Of a DNA stretch of 64,000 nucleotides, positions 23,906-36,681 are shown piece by piece (position 1 is the first letter of the stretch; every line of letters starts with the position of its first letter). The translations under genes and the position numbers were made by a program. The notes beneath the pieces were generated by a model. It was given only the letters and a program-made list of their open reading frames with translations. It did not search any database and was not told the origin of the DNA. Origin of the DNA: Zancudomyces culisetae HAW-14-8 (taxonomy: Eukaryota > Fungi > Kickxellomycota); NCBI GenBank assembly GCA_052426225.1, contig JBNJNM010000022.1, positions 1-64,000 of the forward strand. Direction: 5' to 3'.

Positions 23906-24815
23906 AGCTAACGTTTTTAAATATTTCACTTCATAAAAATTAAAAAATATAAACAAATTTCCATTAATACAAAGTTTGCAAATACTAGAAGCGTTATAAA
24001 TAAATAATCTATTAATTATAACTAAATTAATGTAATTGGTATAACTTTCAAATGGGATAAATTATAGTTCTAGTCAATCAATCTCATGCTTATTTGTACT
24101 TTAGTTTAGACAATTCTTAATATCTCTGTATATTATGGAAAATATTTAATATTAAAAGACCAGATCTCACGATTGAAAGATTAATTTTTTTCCAACTGAT
24201 TTTGAAAAACTTAAATACGTAAATGATAATGAAAAAATGTATTATTAAAATCTAGAATGTATATTTTAGTATCTATTATTAAGATTAAAAATATATCTGA
24301 TAAATATATTTAAAAGTTCTAGGCGCTTAGTCGAGAAAAGTTAAAATAATCATTTTGAGCTTAGTGTATATATTATATTAAAGTGATAATTAAATTAATA
24401 AATACAAACACAAGTCTAATTGATAAAAAACTAGAGCCTTGGATTAACCAAATACAACTTACATAATAAATTAAATATAAATACAATAAATTTTATAATC
24501 TAGATTATTCTAATAATAAAATATATGTATTTTTTAGACAATTAAATATTTCAATTAGTGTTCTAATAATAAGCATCTAGATTTATAAATGACAATTAGC
24601 AAAAAAATGAATATTCAGATTTTAGTAGATACTAAACAATCGATTTGAAAGATTAATAAAAAAAAGTATAAATTATGACAATACTACTGAGTTTAGAAAG
24701 CCATTTGCTTTAAGAATTAAAAAAAGTAAAATATATTATTTGTCAAATTTAATAGAAATGTTGCATCAATAATTTATAAAATCAAAGAACTTTGATATAT
24801 CAAATTGAAAAAAAA

Positions 24816-27800
24816 ATGGTTAAGATCTGTATAGTATATCTTTCAGCAATTGTAGCTGTATCAGCTTACTCGCAAAATTATGTAGATAAGCAAACGAAAA
24901 AAACACAGCAGTTTTCTATTCTAACTTTGAAGAATAGATGGTTAAGTGCATCCCCAAATAGACAACACAACAGAATAATCAAAAAGAATAGAGAAATTAA
25001 AGCAGATCTAAACAACAGTCATATTCTAAGTAATAATTTAGGAACTGTAGACCTTAAGGGTTGTGGTTGTAGGCGACCACCTCCACCACCTCGATGTCCG
25101 CCACCACCTCCACCACCTCCTCCAACAACATATCAGCCGTGTTCACCAGTTGGTGGCTCAATAGCTAAACCAACAACTTGGTCAACAATTCCACCAACAC
25201 CAACACCAACACCAACACCAACACCAACACCAACACCAACACCAACACCAAAACCAACACCACCACCAACACCAAAACCAACACCACCACCAACACCAAC
25301 ACCAAAACCAACACCACCACCAACACCAACACCAACATCAACACCAACATCAACACCAACACCAACACCAACACCAAAACCAACACCACCACCAACACCA
25401 ACACCAACACCATATCAGCCGTGTTCACCAGTTGGTGGCTCAATAGCTAAACCAACAACTTGGTCAACAATTCCACCAACACCAACACCAACACCAACAC
25501 CAACACCAACACCAACACCATATCAGCCGTGTTCACCAGTTGGTGGCTCAATAGCTAAACCAACAACTTGGTCAACAATTCCACCAACACCAACACCAAC
25601 ACCAACACCAACACCAACACCAACACCAACACCAACACCAAAACCAACACCACCACCAACACCAACACCAACACCAACACCATATCAGCCGTGTTCACCA
25701 GTTGGTGGCTCAATAGCTAAACCAACAACTTGGTCAACAATTCCACCAACACCAACACCAACACCAACACCAACACCATATCAGCCGTGTTCACCAGTTG
25801 GTGGCTCAATAGCTAAACCAACAACTTGGTCAACAATTCCACCAACACCAACACCAACACCAACACCAACACCATATCAGCCGTGTTCACCAGTTGGTGG
25901 CTCAATAGCTAAACCAACAACTTGGTCAACAATTCCACCAACACCAACACCAACACCAACACCAACACCAACATCAACAATTCCACCAACACCAACACCA
26001 ACACCAAAACCAACATCAACACCAACACCAACACCAACATCAACAATTCCACCAACACCAACACCAACACCAAAACCAACATCAACACCAACACCAACAC
26101 CAAAACCAACACCAACACCAAAACCAACACCAACACCAACACCAACACCAAAACCAACACCAACACCAAAACCAACACCAACACCAACACCAACACCAAA
26201 ACCAACACCAACACCAACACCAACACCAACATCAACAATTCCACCAACACCAACACCAACACCAAAACCAACATCAACACCAACACCAACACCAACACCA
26301 ACACCAAAACCAACACCAACATCAACACCAACACCAACACCAACACCAACACCAACACCAACACCAACACCGAAACCAACACCAAAACCAACACCACCAC
26401 CAACACCAACACCAAAACCAACTCCAACTCCAACACCAACACCACCACCAACACCAACACCAACACCAACACCATATCAGCCGTGTTCACCAGTTGGTGG
26501 CTCAATAGCTAAACCAACAACTTGGTCAACAATTCCACCAACACCAACACCAACATCAACAATTCCACCAACACCAACACCAACACCAAAACCAACATCA
26601 ACACCAACACCAACACCAACACCAAAACCAACACCAACACCAAAACCAACACCAACACCAACACCAAAACCAACACCAACACCAAAACCAACACCAACAC
26701 CAACACCAAAACCAACACCAACACCAAAACCAACACCAACACCAACACCAACACCAAAACCAACACCAACACCAACACCAACACCAACATCAACAATTCC
26801 ACCAACACCAACACCAACACCAAAACCAACATCAACACCAACACCAACACCAACACCAACACCAAAACCAACACCAACATCAACACCAACACCAACACCA
26901 ACACCAACACCAACACCAACACCGAAACCAACACCAAAACCAACACCACCACCAACACCAACACCAAAACCAACTCCAACTCCAACACCAACACCACCAC
27001 CAACACCAACACCAACACCAACACCATATCAGCCGTGTTCACCAGTTGGTGGCTCAATAGCTAAACCAACAACTTGGTCAACAATTCCACCAACACCAAC
27101 ACCAACATCAACAATTCCACCAACACCAACACCAACACCAAAACCAACATCAACACCAACACCAACACCAACACCAAAACCAACACCAACACCAAAACCA
27201 ACACCAACACCAACACCAAAACCAACACCAACACCAAAACCAACACCAACACCAACACCAAAACCAACACCAACATCAACACCAACACCAACACCAACAC
27301 CATATCAGCCGTGTTCACCAGTTGGTGGCTCAATAGCTAAACCAACAACTTGGTCAACAATTCCACCAACACCAACACCAACATCAACAATTCCACCAAC
27401 ACCAACACCAACACCAAAACCAACATCAACACCAACACCAACACCAAAACCAACACCAACACCAACACCAAAACCAACACCAACACCAACACCAAAACCA
27501 ACACCAACACCAAAACCAACACCAACACCAACACCAAAACCAACACCAACACCAAAACCAACACCAACACCAACACCAAAACCAACACCAACACCAAAAC
27601 CAACACCACCACCAACACCAAAACCAACACCAACACCAACACCAAAACCAACACCAACACCAAAACCAACAATTCCACCAAAACCAACACCAACACCAAA
27701 ACCAACACCAACACCAACACCAACACCAAAACCAACATCAACACCAACACCAACACCAAAACCAACACCAACACCAACACCAAAACCAAAACCAACATCA

Positions 27801-27959
27801 ACACCAACACCAACACCAAAACCAACACCACCACCAACACCAAAACCAACACCAAAACCAACACCAAAACCAACACCAACACCATGCGGATGTAGGCCAA
27901 TACGCAGACCACCATGTGGATGTAGGCCAATACGTAGACCGCCATGTGGATGTAGTTAG
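24816..27959 (+). CDS. Secreted Pro/Thr-rich repetitive structural protein (1047 aa) with terminal CGC motifs
   Basis: Signal peptide [17 protein letters not shown], uninterrupted frame through 2.8 kb of repeats, nine [22 protein letters not shown] modules, C-terminal ([10 protein letters not shown])2CGCS. Confidence 0.9.
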   Translation: MVKICIVYLSAIVAVSAYSQNYVDKQTKKTQQFSILTLKNRWLSASPNRQHNRIIKKNREIKADLNNSHILSNNLGTVDLKGCGCRRPPPPPRCPPPPPPPPPTTYQPCSPVGGSIAKPTTWSTIPPTPTPTPTPTPTPTPTPTPKPTPPPTPKPTPPPTPTPKPTPPPTPTPTSTPTSTPTPTPTPKPTPPPTPTPTPYQPCSPVGGSIAKPTTWSTIPPTPTPTPTPTPTPTPYQPCSPVGGSIAKPTTWSTIPPTPTPTPTPTPTPTPTPTPKPTPPPTPTPTPTPYQPCSPVGGSIAKPTTWSTIPPTPTPTPTPTPYQPCSPVGGSIAKPTTWSTIPPTPTPTPTPTPYQPCSPVGGSIAKPTTWSTIPPTPTPTPTPTPTSTIPPTPTPTPKPTSTPTPTPTSTIPPTPTPTPKPTSTPTPTPKPTPTPKPTPTPTPTPKPTPTPKPTPTPTPTPKPTPTPTPTPTSTIPPTPTPTPKPTSTPTPTPTPTPKPTPTSTPTPTPTPTPTPTPTPKPTPKPTPPPTPTPKPTPTPTPTPPPTPTPTPTPYQPCSPVGGSIAKPTTWSTIPPTPTPTSTIPPTPTPTPKPTSTPTPTPTPKPTPTPKPTPTPTPKPTPTPKPTPTPTPKPTPTPKPTPTPTPTPKPTPTPTPTPTSTIPPTPTPTPKPTSTPTPTPTPTPKPTPTSTPTPTPTPTPTPTPKPTPKPTPPPTPTPKPTPTPTPTPPPTPTPTPTPYQPCSPVGGSIAKPTTWSTIPPTPTPTSTIPPTPTPTPKPTSTPTPTPTPKPTPTPKPTPTPTPKPTPTPKPTPTPTPKPTPTSTPTPTPTPYQPCSPVGGSIAKPTTWSTIPPTPTPTSTIPPTPTPTPKPTSTPTPTPKPTPTPTPKPTPTPTPKPTPTPKPTPTPTPKPTPTPKPTPTPTPKPTPTPKPTPPPTPKPTPTPTPKPTPTPKPTIPPKPTPTPKPTPTPTPTPKPTSTPTPTPKPTPTPTPKPKPTSTPTPTPKPTPPPTPKPTPKPTPKPTPTPCGCRPIRRPPCGCRPIRRPPCGCS
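25123..27884. repeat. Coding minisatellite (ACACCA)n with AAACCA/ACATCA variants and nine copies of a 66-bp unit
   Basis: The unit TATCAGCCGTGTTCACC...ATTCCACCA starts at 25131, 25413, 25521, 25683, 25779, 25875, 26475, 27027 and 27303. Confidence 0.97.
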
Positions 27960-29553
27960 ATATCGATCACACATTAGATGATTCTTATAATTTTGTTTCT
28001 CGGTATTGAAATATGCTTTTTTTTACAATTATTACTAATTATTATGCTTCTCTTATCCAGATACAATTATGTGTGTATCAATCTTTATTTTATATCAAAA
28101 AATTCTTTCCTAAATACTATTTTTATCGATTAATCCATTACCTTAAAGTTTGGTAATAAATTAAACGATAAAAAGAGTGTTTAATTTAGAAAAATTAAAC
28201 GTAATGATGTGTGTAATGACAGACATCACTGTATAATTTTTATAAATAATTAAAACGAACTAAATAAAATAAATTTAAACCATATATAAACTGACATTCC
28301 CTTTTTCCTGTTGAATCTTTACCATCGTTGAGCTAGGTATGGGTGGAAATTGGGTGGGACATAATTGTATCTGGATGTTCGCATAATAATATTAATTTTT
28401 CATTTCATTCAACTAAACATATTATTATATTCAATACTGAATAGAATATTAAATCAGATCAATATAGCTACTAATATTCTAAAGTAGTTAGTAATCTATA
28501 AGTAGAATCAAACAGTAAACCCTTGATAATATAATTTTGCTATTAGTAACACCTACGGGACCAAAATAGCTAATTGAACATAAAAATAAAGTTCATTTTG
28601 TTTTTCGAAACTGATATCATCAAGTTCATTGTGCTAGAGAGTTTCATAGTAATTGCTTCGTGGTTTAATAATACATTATACAAAATAGGCGTTTATTTTA
28701 TTCTAAATTACAAACACAATGGATAGGTGTGTATAAGTAGTGGCTAATCCTTGTCGGGAAAAATGAAATAAAGGCTAGTGGAATTGGAATGTTTACAGGA
28801 CCGGGTAGTTTTGTCTATTTTACCTCTTTTCCAGGTGCACCCCCAATATTAGTTAATGTTTTTCCATTTAATGGAATATTATAAATATCAATATTATTTT
28901 TAGAAATGACACTAATATCTAAATCAGAGTTTTGTTGAAAATACCGATACCATCAATGAGATATTTTTCGCTCGTTTTCGTTACTTTATTTAATACTTAT
29001 TAAGGAAAGATATTTCTAACGAATTAGATACAAAATCTGAAATCTAAGTTATTTACGTAGTATTAGGTAACATTATAAATCATTCAATCTACCAATGAAA
29101 TAAGACTAAGCGCAAAAATCTTTAACTTTTATTTGCTAGTACTACAACGCTGGTACCTATGTAAGTGTATTTAGAAAAATCCGATATACCATATTTAGGT
29201 TAATAATAGTACAATTATTACTAACTATTAATCATATCGTTTATTATTATAACCTAAATATACTAAAGTTAGAGCAACAAAAAGTCGTATATACCGTTCT
29301 AAAATTAAAATCTTCCACTATCTCTTTAAAGATGATATAGGATCCCGTTAGTAGAGTTTAAAGACTAAAGTAGATTACAAACAAGAAAAAATAAAAGTAT
29401 AAGATAGGTCAAGATATCACTGTCAAAATAAAAAATCATCAACAGTTGAAGATTCTTCAAGTGACTATTTAAAGATAATTATAATCATTTGTATTAAAAT
29501 ACTGCATTGGCAATCAGCTACACACAACGCTCATTTTAAACTAAATATCAAAA

Positions 29554-29979
29554 ATGGTAAAGCCAACACTCGCACTCTTCACTGCCGCAGTTGCCGCAGT
29601 ATCAGTAAATGCTGCATCCGCTCCAAGACCAAGAGCAAATGTCGGACCTATGCAACCACCAATGGAACAGGTCCAGGGCTTTGGAAGATATGATCCACCA
29701 TCTCGCCCTGCTTTTAACAACCGCTTCGCTGCACCAGCCTACCGCAAGCGTGCTGACGAGGAGGAGGAAGTTGCACCAGCTGACGACGATTCTGCTCAAA
29801 CTGTTGATCCTTCAGCAGAAGGTGGTGATGCAGGAAATGGAACCGATGACCGTTGGTGGTATGGACATTATGGCTACCCATACTATGGCGGATACTACGG
29901 ATATCCATCGTATGGCTACGGTTACGGTTACGGTTACAGCTATCCATACTACGGTGGATACTCTGGATACTACTACTAG
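29554..29979 (+). CDS. Secreted precursor of a Tyr/Gly-rich peptide (copy 1)
   Basis: Signal peptide, Pro-rich propeptide, RKR site, acidic spacer and DDR|WWYG...YYY tail; GC-richer codon-like composition; paralog at 42298. Confidence 0.92.
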   Translation: MVKPTLALFTAAVAAVSVNAASAPRPRANVGPMQPPMEQVQGFGRYDPPSRPAFNNRFAAPAYRKRADEEEEVAPADDDSAQTVDPSAEGGDAGNGTDDRWWYGHYGYPYYGGYYGYPSYGYGYGYGYSYPYYGGYSGYYY

Positions 29980-30608
29980 GTTGATTTTTCTAGATAGTTG
30001 ATATTTTTTCTTTCATCGTACCTGACCCTATAGTGATTTTAATGCATTTTTATAAACCCCTAGTTTTGACGTTTAACCAATAAAGGGTTTTACTAAAATA
30101 AACAATTAAAATTAAATTAACAAATATAGTTAGCAACAAACTTTATCATAAATTAAATCTCCTCTTTATTAAAAGCTAACTTTACAAATTATTGCCTGGA
30201 ATAGCCAAAAATTGATGAGATTTATGAGTTCTCAAAGTGGAAAAAACCCATTGAACGAATTTTCGTTTTAAATGCTTTTCCTTGTAGTACAATTATAGTT
30301 TTTTTATGTTTATATTATTTATGATTTTCTTTAAGTGTGATTTTACGATATCGAGCTGACTCTTTGAGGTAATAAGCTAAACATTCGAAAAGATAAAACA
30401 AATTCTACCTTTACCAGTTAAATTGGCACTTGTCAAAAATTAACCCTTTAAACAGCCTTTTTTAATCTATGAATGTTTTGCATTTGAGTGAATTTTTAAT
30501 CGTCACTTTATTAGAGAGCAAGTTTACGAAGTCTAGAATTAATTATTCCTACAAAGTAAACTTTTTTCTAAAGCAATAATCTATTGTGAAGCAAAAAAAT
30601 CTAGAAGT

Positions 30609-31001
30609 TTATTCGTTTGGGACTTTTCCTGTAGATACCCATCTGATAGAAAGGGGGCCTGACTTGAGATCTTGAGGGAAATTCCACACACCCTGCGTTA
30701 TAAAATCGGTGTTTACTGTGCATACACCGCTACAGTTTCTTTCTCTGCACATCAACAATCCTCCTGATTTATCAGTGGGATTAAGAAACCTTCCTGAGCC
30801 ACCCTGCTTAATGTTATAGCATTTATGCTTTCTCATCTGGAAATTATTAATTATACTTCCAGAATGGTCAATTGCTGAATATATTGTAGCTTGCAAAGTT
30901 GGTCGAGAAGACATGGAATTGCAACCGCAATGACCTGATACTAGGAGTGTCTGAGTAGCTGCAAGAAGCTGGATGACCAATGTGTAACTTGAAATGCGCA
31001 T
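30609..31001 (-). CDS. Small secreted protein, putative beta/gamma-crystallin-like family
   Basis: Signal peptide; ATIYSAIDHSG..CYNI..GGLLMCRERNCSGVC..SIRW; pseudogene paralog at 43335. Confidence 0.82.
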   Translation of the reverse strand: MRISSYTLVIQLLAATQTLLVSGHCGCNSMSSRPTLQATIYSAIDHSGSIINNFQMRKHKCYNIKQGGSGRFLNPTDKSGGLLMCRERNCSGVCTVNTDFITQGVWNFPQDLKSGPLSIRWVSTGKVPNE

Positions 31002-32795
31002 TTTTAGAGATTTCCTTTTTCAGTAATAAACTTTGTGGCTATTTTAGTCTAGTTTTATCTATTTTAGCTGAGGCTGGAGTTTCAAACTAGGACTTTATCT
31101 ATCACTATTTATACATTTTAAAGAACTAAACATTTGTAATTCTAGTAAAATAATACTTTTAGTAGACTTTTCTATACAGTATACCTTATTTGTAACAGGT
31201 GTGCTGATCAAAAGAATGTAGATCAAATACTAGGCAAAATTATTATAGATCGTACAATATATTGTAAGTTCAAACTTCTAGGTATATTGTCTTAACAATT
31301 AAAATTATATAGATTAATTATTAGCGAAAAAAGTAAACAGACTATTGAAAAAGGAATATAAAAAATTAAAAATCTAGAAATAAAGTGGAAGAATAGTAAA
31401 ATACTTCTTATCACCTCTGGTGTCAGCATAGTATCTCTACTAGAGTGCGATAAGTCGTAGTCTAGAAACAAAGTTTTAATTTATATTTTGAAATTTTGAT
31501 TGGGTGTTTGGAATAGATATTCCCGAATATTCCATCACTTTTCATATCTGAGCCATAATTTTAGTTTTAGGTAACTAAATAGTCTATTGGTTTATTTCAA
31601 TATTAATACCAGCTAGACATGTCCGATAAAACAATGAACTAATAGATTCTAGATGTACGAAAATCAAATAATCCAGTTACAGTATAACGAAAACTTCTAG
31701 ACAGGTTGAGCAGCACAAAGATATCATCTTTAGATTTGCAATATATTAAAATTTTGCATCCGTATATCTCTTGGTATAATTTTTGAATATCGCCAATTTC
31801 TGACTAGAAGGATAAGCTCTTGATATTATTGTAAAGCTTTCTAGAGTTAAAATGATAAACAGGAATGTTCTAGTAAAAATAATAATTCCGTTTACAATAT
31901 TGTAGTTGAAACTATATATACTTAAGAGTATAATTATATTTTGTTTGAATATTAATTATAGTGGACAGGGCTTCTAGTGCATTTCAAGTGGGTTCGATAA
32001 ATACACTCTTACGAATAGTGTATTTGATTTGACAAAATTCAAACTAATGCTAAAAATTGGGCTTTATTGGTGAACGCTGATTATTAATGAATATTTTAAA
32101 TATCTAAAACTGTTTTGTATTAGCCAAGTTTAACTAATATTTGGTCAACCAAACCATTTAACACACCAACGCAACTAGAATGTTCTAGATATTTTTGATT
32201 AGAGATAAAATTTAATTAACGAAAATATCATATTATGTTACACTTTCAAATTCTACTACAGTTTGCTTAGTGTATTTTTACATCGTCGAGTTAATATAGG
32301 TATGTTTTTATTGTTATATTATACCTAAATTTAAAAACAAGTAGTGTAAATACTCTACTTTTCAGCTTATTGAAGAGATAGGATACATATTAAAGTGCAA
32401 GAAATAAAAAATTTAGTTTAGGTTTGATTTTTAGTGAAACGACGCTAGCGCGAGTAAAATTATGTAGCCTACTAAATAATTCAGACCTAGGTAAGATGAC
32501 TATACGAATTTATTTAATATTAAAGTTGAGTTTCTCTGATATCAGTAATTTAATTTAGGTCTATTACTTTCTACTATTTGAGTGTGAGATCCACTATTCA
32601 ATTAAAAATTATTTTATACTAAGTGCAACATCCCAAAACCAAGTAAAACAGCACCAGAGTACACCGATATAGTGTTTTCATATCAACCAATTTCAGAATC
32701 ATCAAAAAGGCATGTCAATATTTTAATTTGAATGTGAAAACAACAGATAGACAAAGTGAATATACTAAATAAAATAAAAGTAAAAAGATACAGGC

Positions 32796-33647
32796 TGTTG
32801 AGCGAGTATCAGACCGTACTCGCCTGTTGTCGAGTTTTTCATTAGCAAAAAGGCTTGATCAGCAAGCTCTCTAAATGAGTCATGTGACTCTCTGGAATCC
32901 ACGTTCTTATTGGTGGCTCCAGAGCAATCGCTGTCTGATGAATAACAACCTTCATCTTTGACCTGTGTATCCACGCTAATCTCAGTCTATGCATAAGACC
33001 TGACATATTAATTGAGATTTTAATTTTTAAAGTATTATAAGCTTAACTAGCCGTAGCACTATTATCTTTTTTAGTTATAACTAAAACCAATATGATACCA
33101 TTTGAAAATATTCTTTCTTTATTTTCTCCTTCACTTATAAAATATTAACTACTAAAAGAGCTAAGGAATCCTCATTGAGTATTCCTTCGCTTATATATAT
33201 ACTATTTTTGTCAGAAACGCATTATTTACCCATAAGTTTTAACATTAATTTTTAGTCATATTTAATTACCTTTGAATCCTAACTTGGGAACATTAAGTTT
33301 CCCAACTTAAATAAATTAATTTCCTGACAATTTTATTAAACCGACTAAAAGCTAATTCAACAAACCTATTTTTAATACTTGTTTTACTGATTGTTGCGTG
33401 TGGTTTTGTTTTTATATCTGTTTTCTTACTCTTGTTGTCCAAATATTTGAATGTTGATTTACTATATCTTTTTACTTGTATTTTTCTTTTTGTAATTTTT
33501 TTTTGATTAAAAGGTTTTTTCCAATTCACTAAATAGTACTATTATATTAGTGATCAGCTTTAATTTCCTTTAGTTGATGATTATGTAGCAAATAATATAT
33601 TAAATTATAATTAGTGAATCCCTATCTAGATCAGGATACACACGTCA
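32796..33647 (-). mobile_element. Long solo LTR (family D, 852 bp, more decayed)
   Basis: TGTTG...ACACACGTCA, same TATA-hairpin and TAGCCGTAGCAC motif, frameshifted ORF MSGLMHRLR..KDEGCYSSDSD from 33006. Confidence 0.72.
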
Positions 33648-33945
33648 GAATCATAGCAGTGAGCACACCTACTCCATATCCACTGATCATCCGTGCACAT
33701 AGAAACATAAACATATCCACTGCCCCCAATTCGAGTCCTTCCAACTATTGTGGTCACTCCTGCAAAAATCAGTGTCTTTTTTTTTGACATTTTGCTTGAA
33801 AATGGACCTACTGCTACTGAACCTAGGAAACATCTCAGTGTTAAAAAAGATCAATAAGTCCCTTTTCCAAACACATTTGAACGGAAAAGTATTCTGCAAA
33901 GTTATCCTGTCGTATAGCGAGCATACGATGGAAGATCCTAGGTTG
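33648..33945 (-). pseudogene. MFS sugar-porter gene remnant, cut by the family D LTR
   Basis: Across frameshifts it reads NFAEYF..EKGLI..CFLGSVAVGPFSSKMSKKKTLIFAG..GAVDMFMFLCARMISGYGVGVLTAMI, matching the TM2-TM4 sugar-porter signature. Confidence 0.7.
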
Positions 33946-34135
33946 ATTTTATAGTAAATATTTATTTTTGTACTATATGTTTTGATTTCTTAATCAACTA
34001 AATATTATTAACGATCTACAAATAGTTTTTTATTCATATATTTTTGGATATATATTTTTTATATGTTGTAGAAACAAAAATTGTAGTTTATTAGATTTAT
34101 TATTAAGTGAGTATTTACCGACTCTAATGAAAAAG

Positions 34136-34511
34136 TGTAATGACTCAGTTAATAAATTATATAATTATAACTATTTTTAGTACTATAAACATATTGTTAC
34201 ATAATGTTTATACATTATGTAAAACCTAGCTAGTTAGTCATTAGTTTTTAGTTTGTTGATTAGTAAGCAAAATAATATAAACTGCTTACTAATCCTATTA
34301 TGCCTATATACACTAGAGGATATATTTCATTTATTTATTAGTGTTTTGATGAGTACATTCGATAGCTCAACAATTTTAAATAGTCTCTATTTTCTACATT
34401 TTATCTATCCTATCTGACAACAATTGTCACAATAAATATAGTAGTACTCGGTTATTACCATAATTTAAATAATAAACCTAAATAAATAATTCAACCAACA
34501 CAGCCCTGACA
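34136..34511 (+). mobile_element. Solo LTR (family A-like)
   Basis: TGTAATGA...CTGACA, perfect TSD AAAAG, TATCTGACAACAATTGTC..GTAGTACT motif. Confidence 0.85.
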
Positions 34512-34779
34512 AAAAGTGTGCAATAAATAAAGATTAATATATAAATTCATTATTAGAAATTTTGTGCCCTTCCATCATTATATTTCTAGGAAGTAAAAGA
34601 AAGATAAAATATAAGTTTAAATAATAATAATAATAATTAAAATAACTGCTACGATAGCAAGCAAGATAATATCCCTGAACTAGAACCATTCAGAAGGATA
34701 TTATACAACAATCCATAACCAACATTGATGAAATTCAACAATTTTTAGACCAGTGAGAAGGCCGCCTAAACTTTCAGAT

Positions 34780-35172
34780 TGTCACGACTTGACACTAAGT
34801 ACTATTTGTATTAACTATGGCTATGATGTATTTAATAAAATACTATGAGATGAAAAGTATTTTATTGCTAAAGTTTCCTAAAGCAATAAAATCCTTGTCC
34901 TTATATAGTTTTACAATATACAAAATTAATTGTAAAACATTATAAAACTATACTTAAACTATAACTTAAACTAAATAATATTAACTGTCAACTCCACAGT
35001 TAACATTTAATAATTTGGGGTAAAACTTAATCATTAATAAATTTAATTCTTACTCCATAAATTATTGATTATGGAGTAAGAATTAAAGCGGAGAAAATGT
35101 TAATAAAATTAACATTTGCTATTTTTAATATGTTATTATAAATAGCAATAATGTCATGAATGGATCATGACA
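34780..35172 (-). mobile_element. Solo LTR (family C)
   Basis: TGTCA...TGACA, perfect TSD CAGAT, close copy of 3227-3614. Confidence 0.95.
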
Positions 35173-35606
35173 CAGATATTGCCAATTTGCTAATTGTCCA
35201 GCTTTTAACCATTTTTTAATATTTTATAGAAATCTTTGTAAATTATATTTTTTTATTAATAATTATTATATTATTATAATTATTAGATGATAATTATAAG
35301 TATATCCAAGTTGACTAAATTTTATAACGAAACGCATACTATTCATCATGAAATTTCACGAATGATTATTATAAGAATAATTCTAAAAGTATACTAAACC
35401 AATCTTTTGAATTTTACACATATTCTATTCTGTACCAAAAAATATCGCGAAATAAACTGAAATAAAACTAAATTAACATTTCAGCTCATTACAGTTACCG
35501 AAGTTAATAAATATTCCTAATATTTTCTTCTAAGCTAGCTGCACAGTATTACGAATTCTTGCAGATATTCTTTACATATTTAATAACAAAATCCAAGCTT
35601 GTACAT

Positions 35607-36172
35607 TGTTAGGAATTGTTTTAAAATAAATTAAATAAATTCATGTTTAACATAATTCTCCATGACCAAATCAAGTAGGTTACAAAATGAAATTGTAACC
35701 ATATACAAATTACTATTTTGTAACTAAGTACAAATTAATTAAATGTAACTAAGTACAAATTATTAAATTAATCTAACCAAGTCAAGTAAAAAATGAATTT
35801 CGCGATGAAATTTGTTATAATAATATTCACAGACCATTTTAGGAAATAAGAAACCTAGAAAGAATTCCGAAACTAATAATTCAAAGAATCGTCAGAATAA
35901 CATGAATGACGCAATCATTGACACACTAAACTCACGGTAGTTAATCACATCAGTTACTCATAAGTTTAATAGTCAAATTTATAGTTTGATAGCAACTTTA
36001 CTTAAGAAAATTTTATATGGAAAAATCTCTGGAGTAAAAGTATAAAAACCCTTTCGAAATCCATCGAAAGAGAACTTCAGAGAAAAATAACTTATTCACT
36101 ATTGAATACCATATTTTTCTAAATAATTAATAGTAATAAATAATTTAATCTTAAAATATTCAAGTCTTAACA
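35607..36172 (+). mobile_element. Solo LTR (566 bp, TGTTA...TAACA termini, possibly Copia-type)
   Basis: Perfect TSD TACAT, TATAAAAACCC at 36041. Confidence 0.8.
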
Positions 36173-36277
36173 TACATGGCCGGAGGTAGGCTGACTTTGA
36201 ATTGGTTTTTTGAAAGCAGTTGCGTTTAAAACTATTTGTGGTTTTACTTTTTGGAGGAGTTTAGGTTGTAGAGTAAA

Positions 36278-36681
36278 TGTCAGGACCTGACACTAAGTAC
36301 TATAATTATAACTTGATACTTGGTTTATTAAATAAAATACTATGGAATGAAAGTATTTTATTGCTAAAGATCTCCTTTGCAATAAAATCCTTTCATTTAT
36401 ATAATTTACCTAAACAGAATTATAAAACGTAAAATAAAACTTAATCAAAATAAAACTAGAGAATGTTCAAACTAAAACATCGTAAATATTTTAACTGCAA
36501 TATTTTTTTGAATTGCAGTTATTGAAACATTCTCCACAACGGGTAAAATGTTTAATAAACTTCTTCAAATAAATTCATTTTAGAATGAATTTACTTTGCG
36601 GAGAGAATGTTAAATAATTTTAACATTTACTATTTTTAAGTGAAATTAAAAATAGCAGTTATGACATGATAAATCATGACA
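36278..36681 (-). mobile_element. Solo LTR (family C-related)
   Basis: TGTCA...TGACA, perfect TSD GTAAA, shares TGACACTAAGTACTA and GCGGAGA motifs with 34780. Confidence 0.92.

Noticed and set aside
25131-27368. Identical 66-bp repeats with variable spacers, superficially CRISPR-like
   Set aside because: The spacers are themselves ACACCA repeats, everything stays in one coding frame, and the context is eukaryotic with no cas genes.
25165-27945. Poly-VL and poly-NT ORFs; likewise the HQPAQ and VELVDG ORFs at 49319-50148
   Set aside because: Alternative frames of stop-free coding minisatellites.
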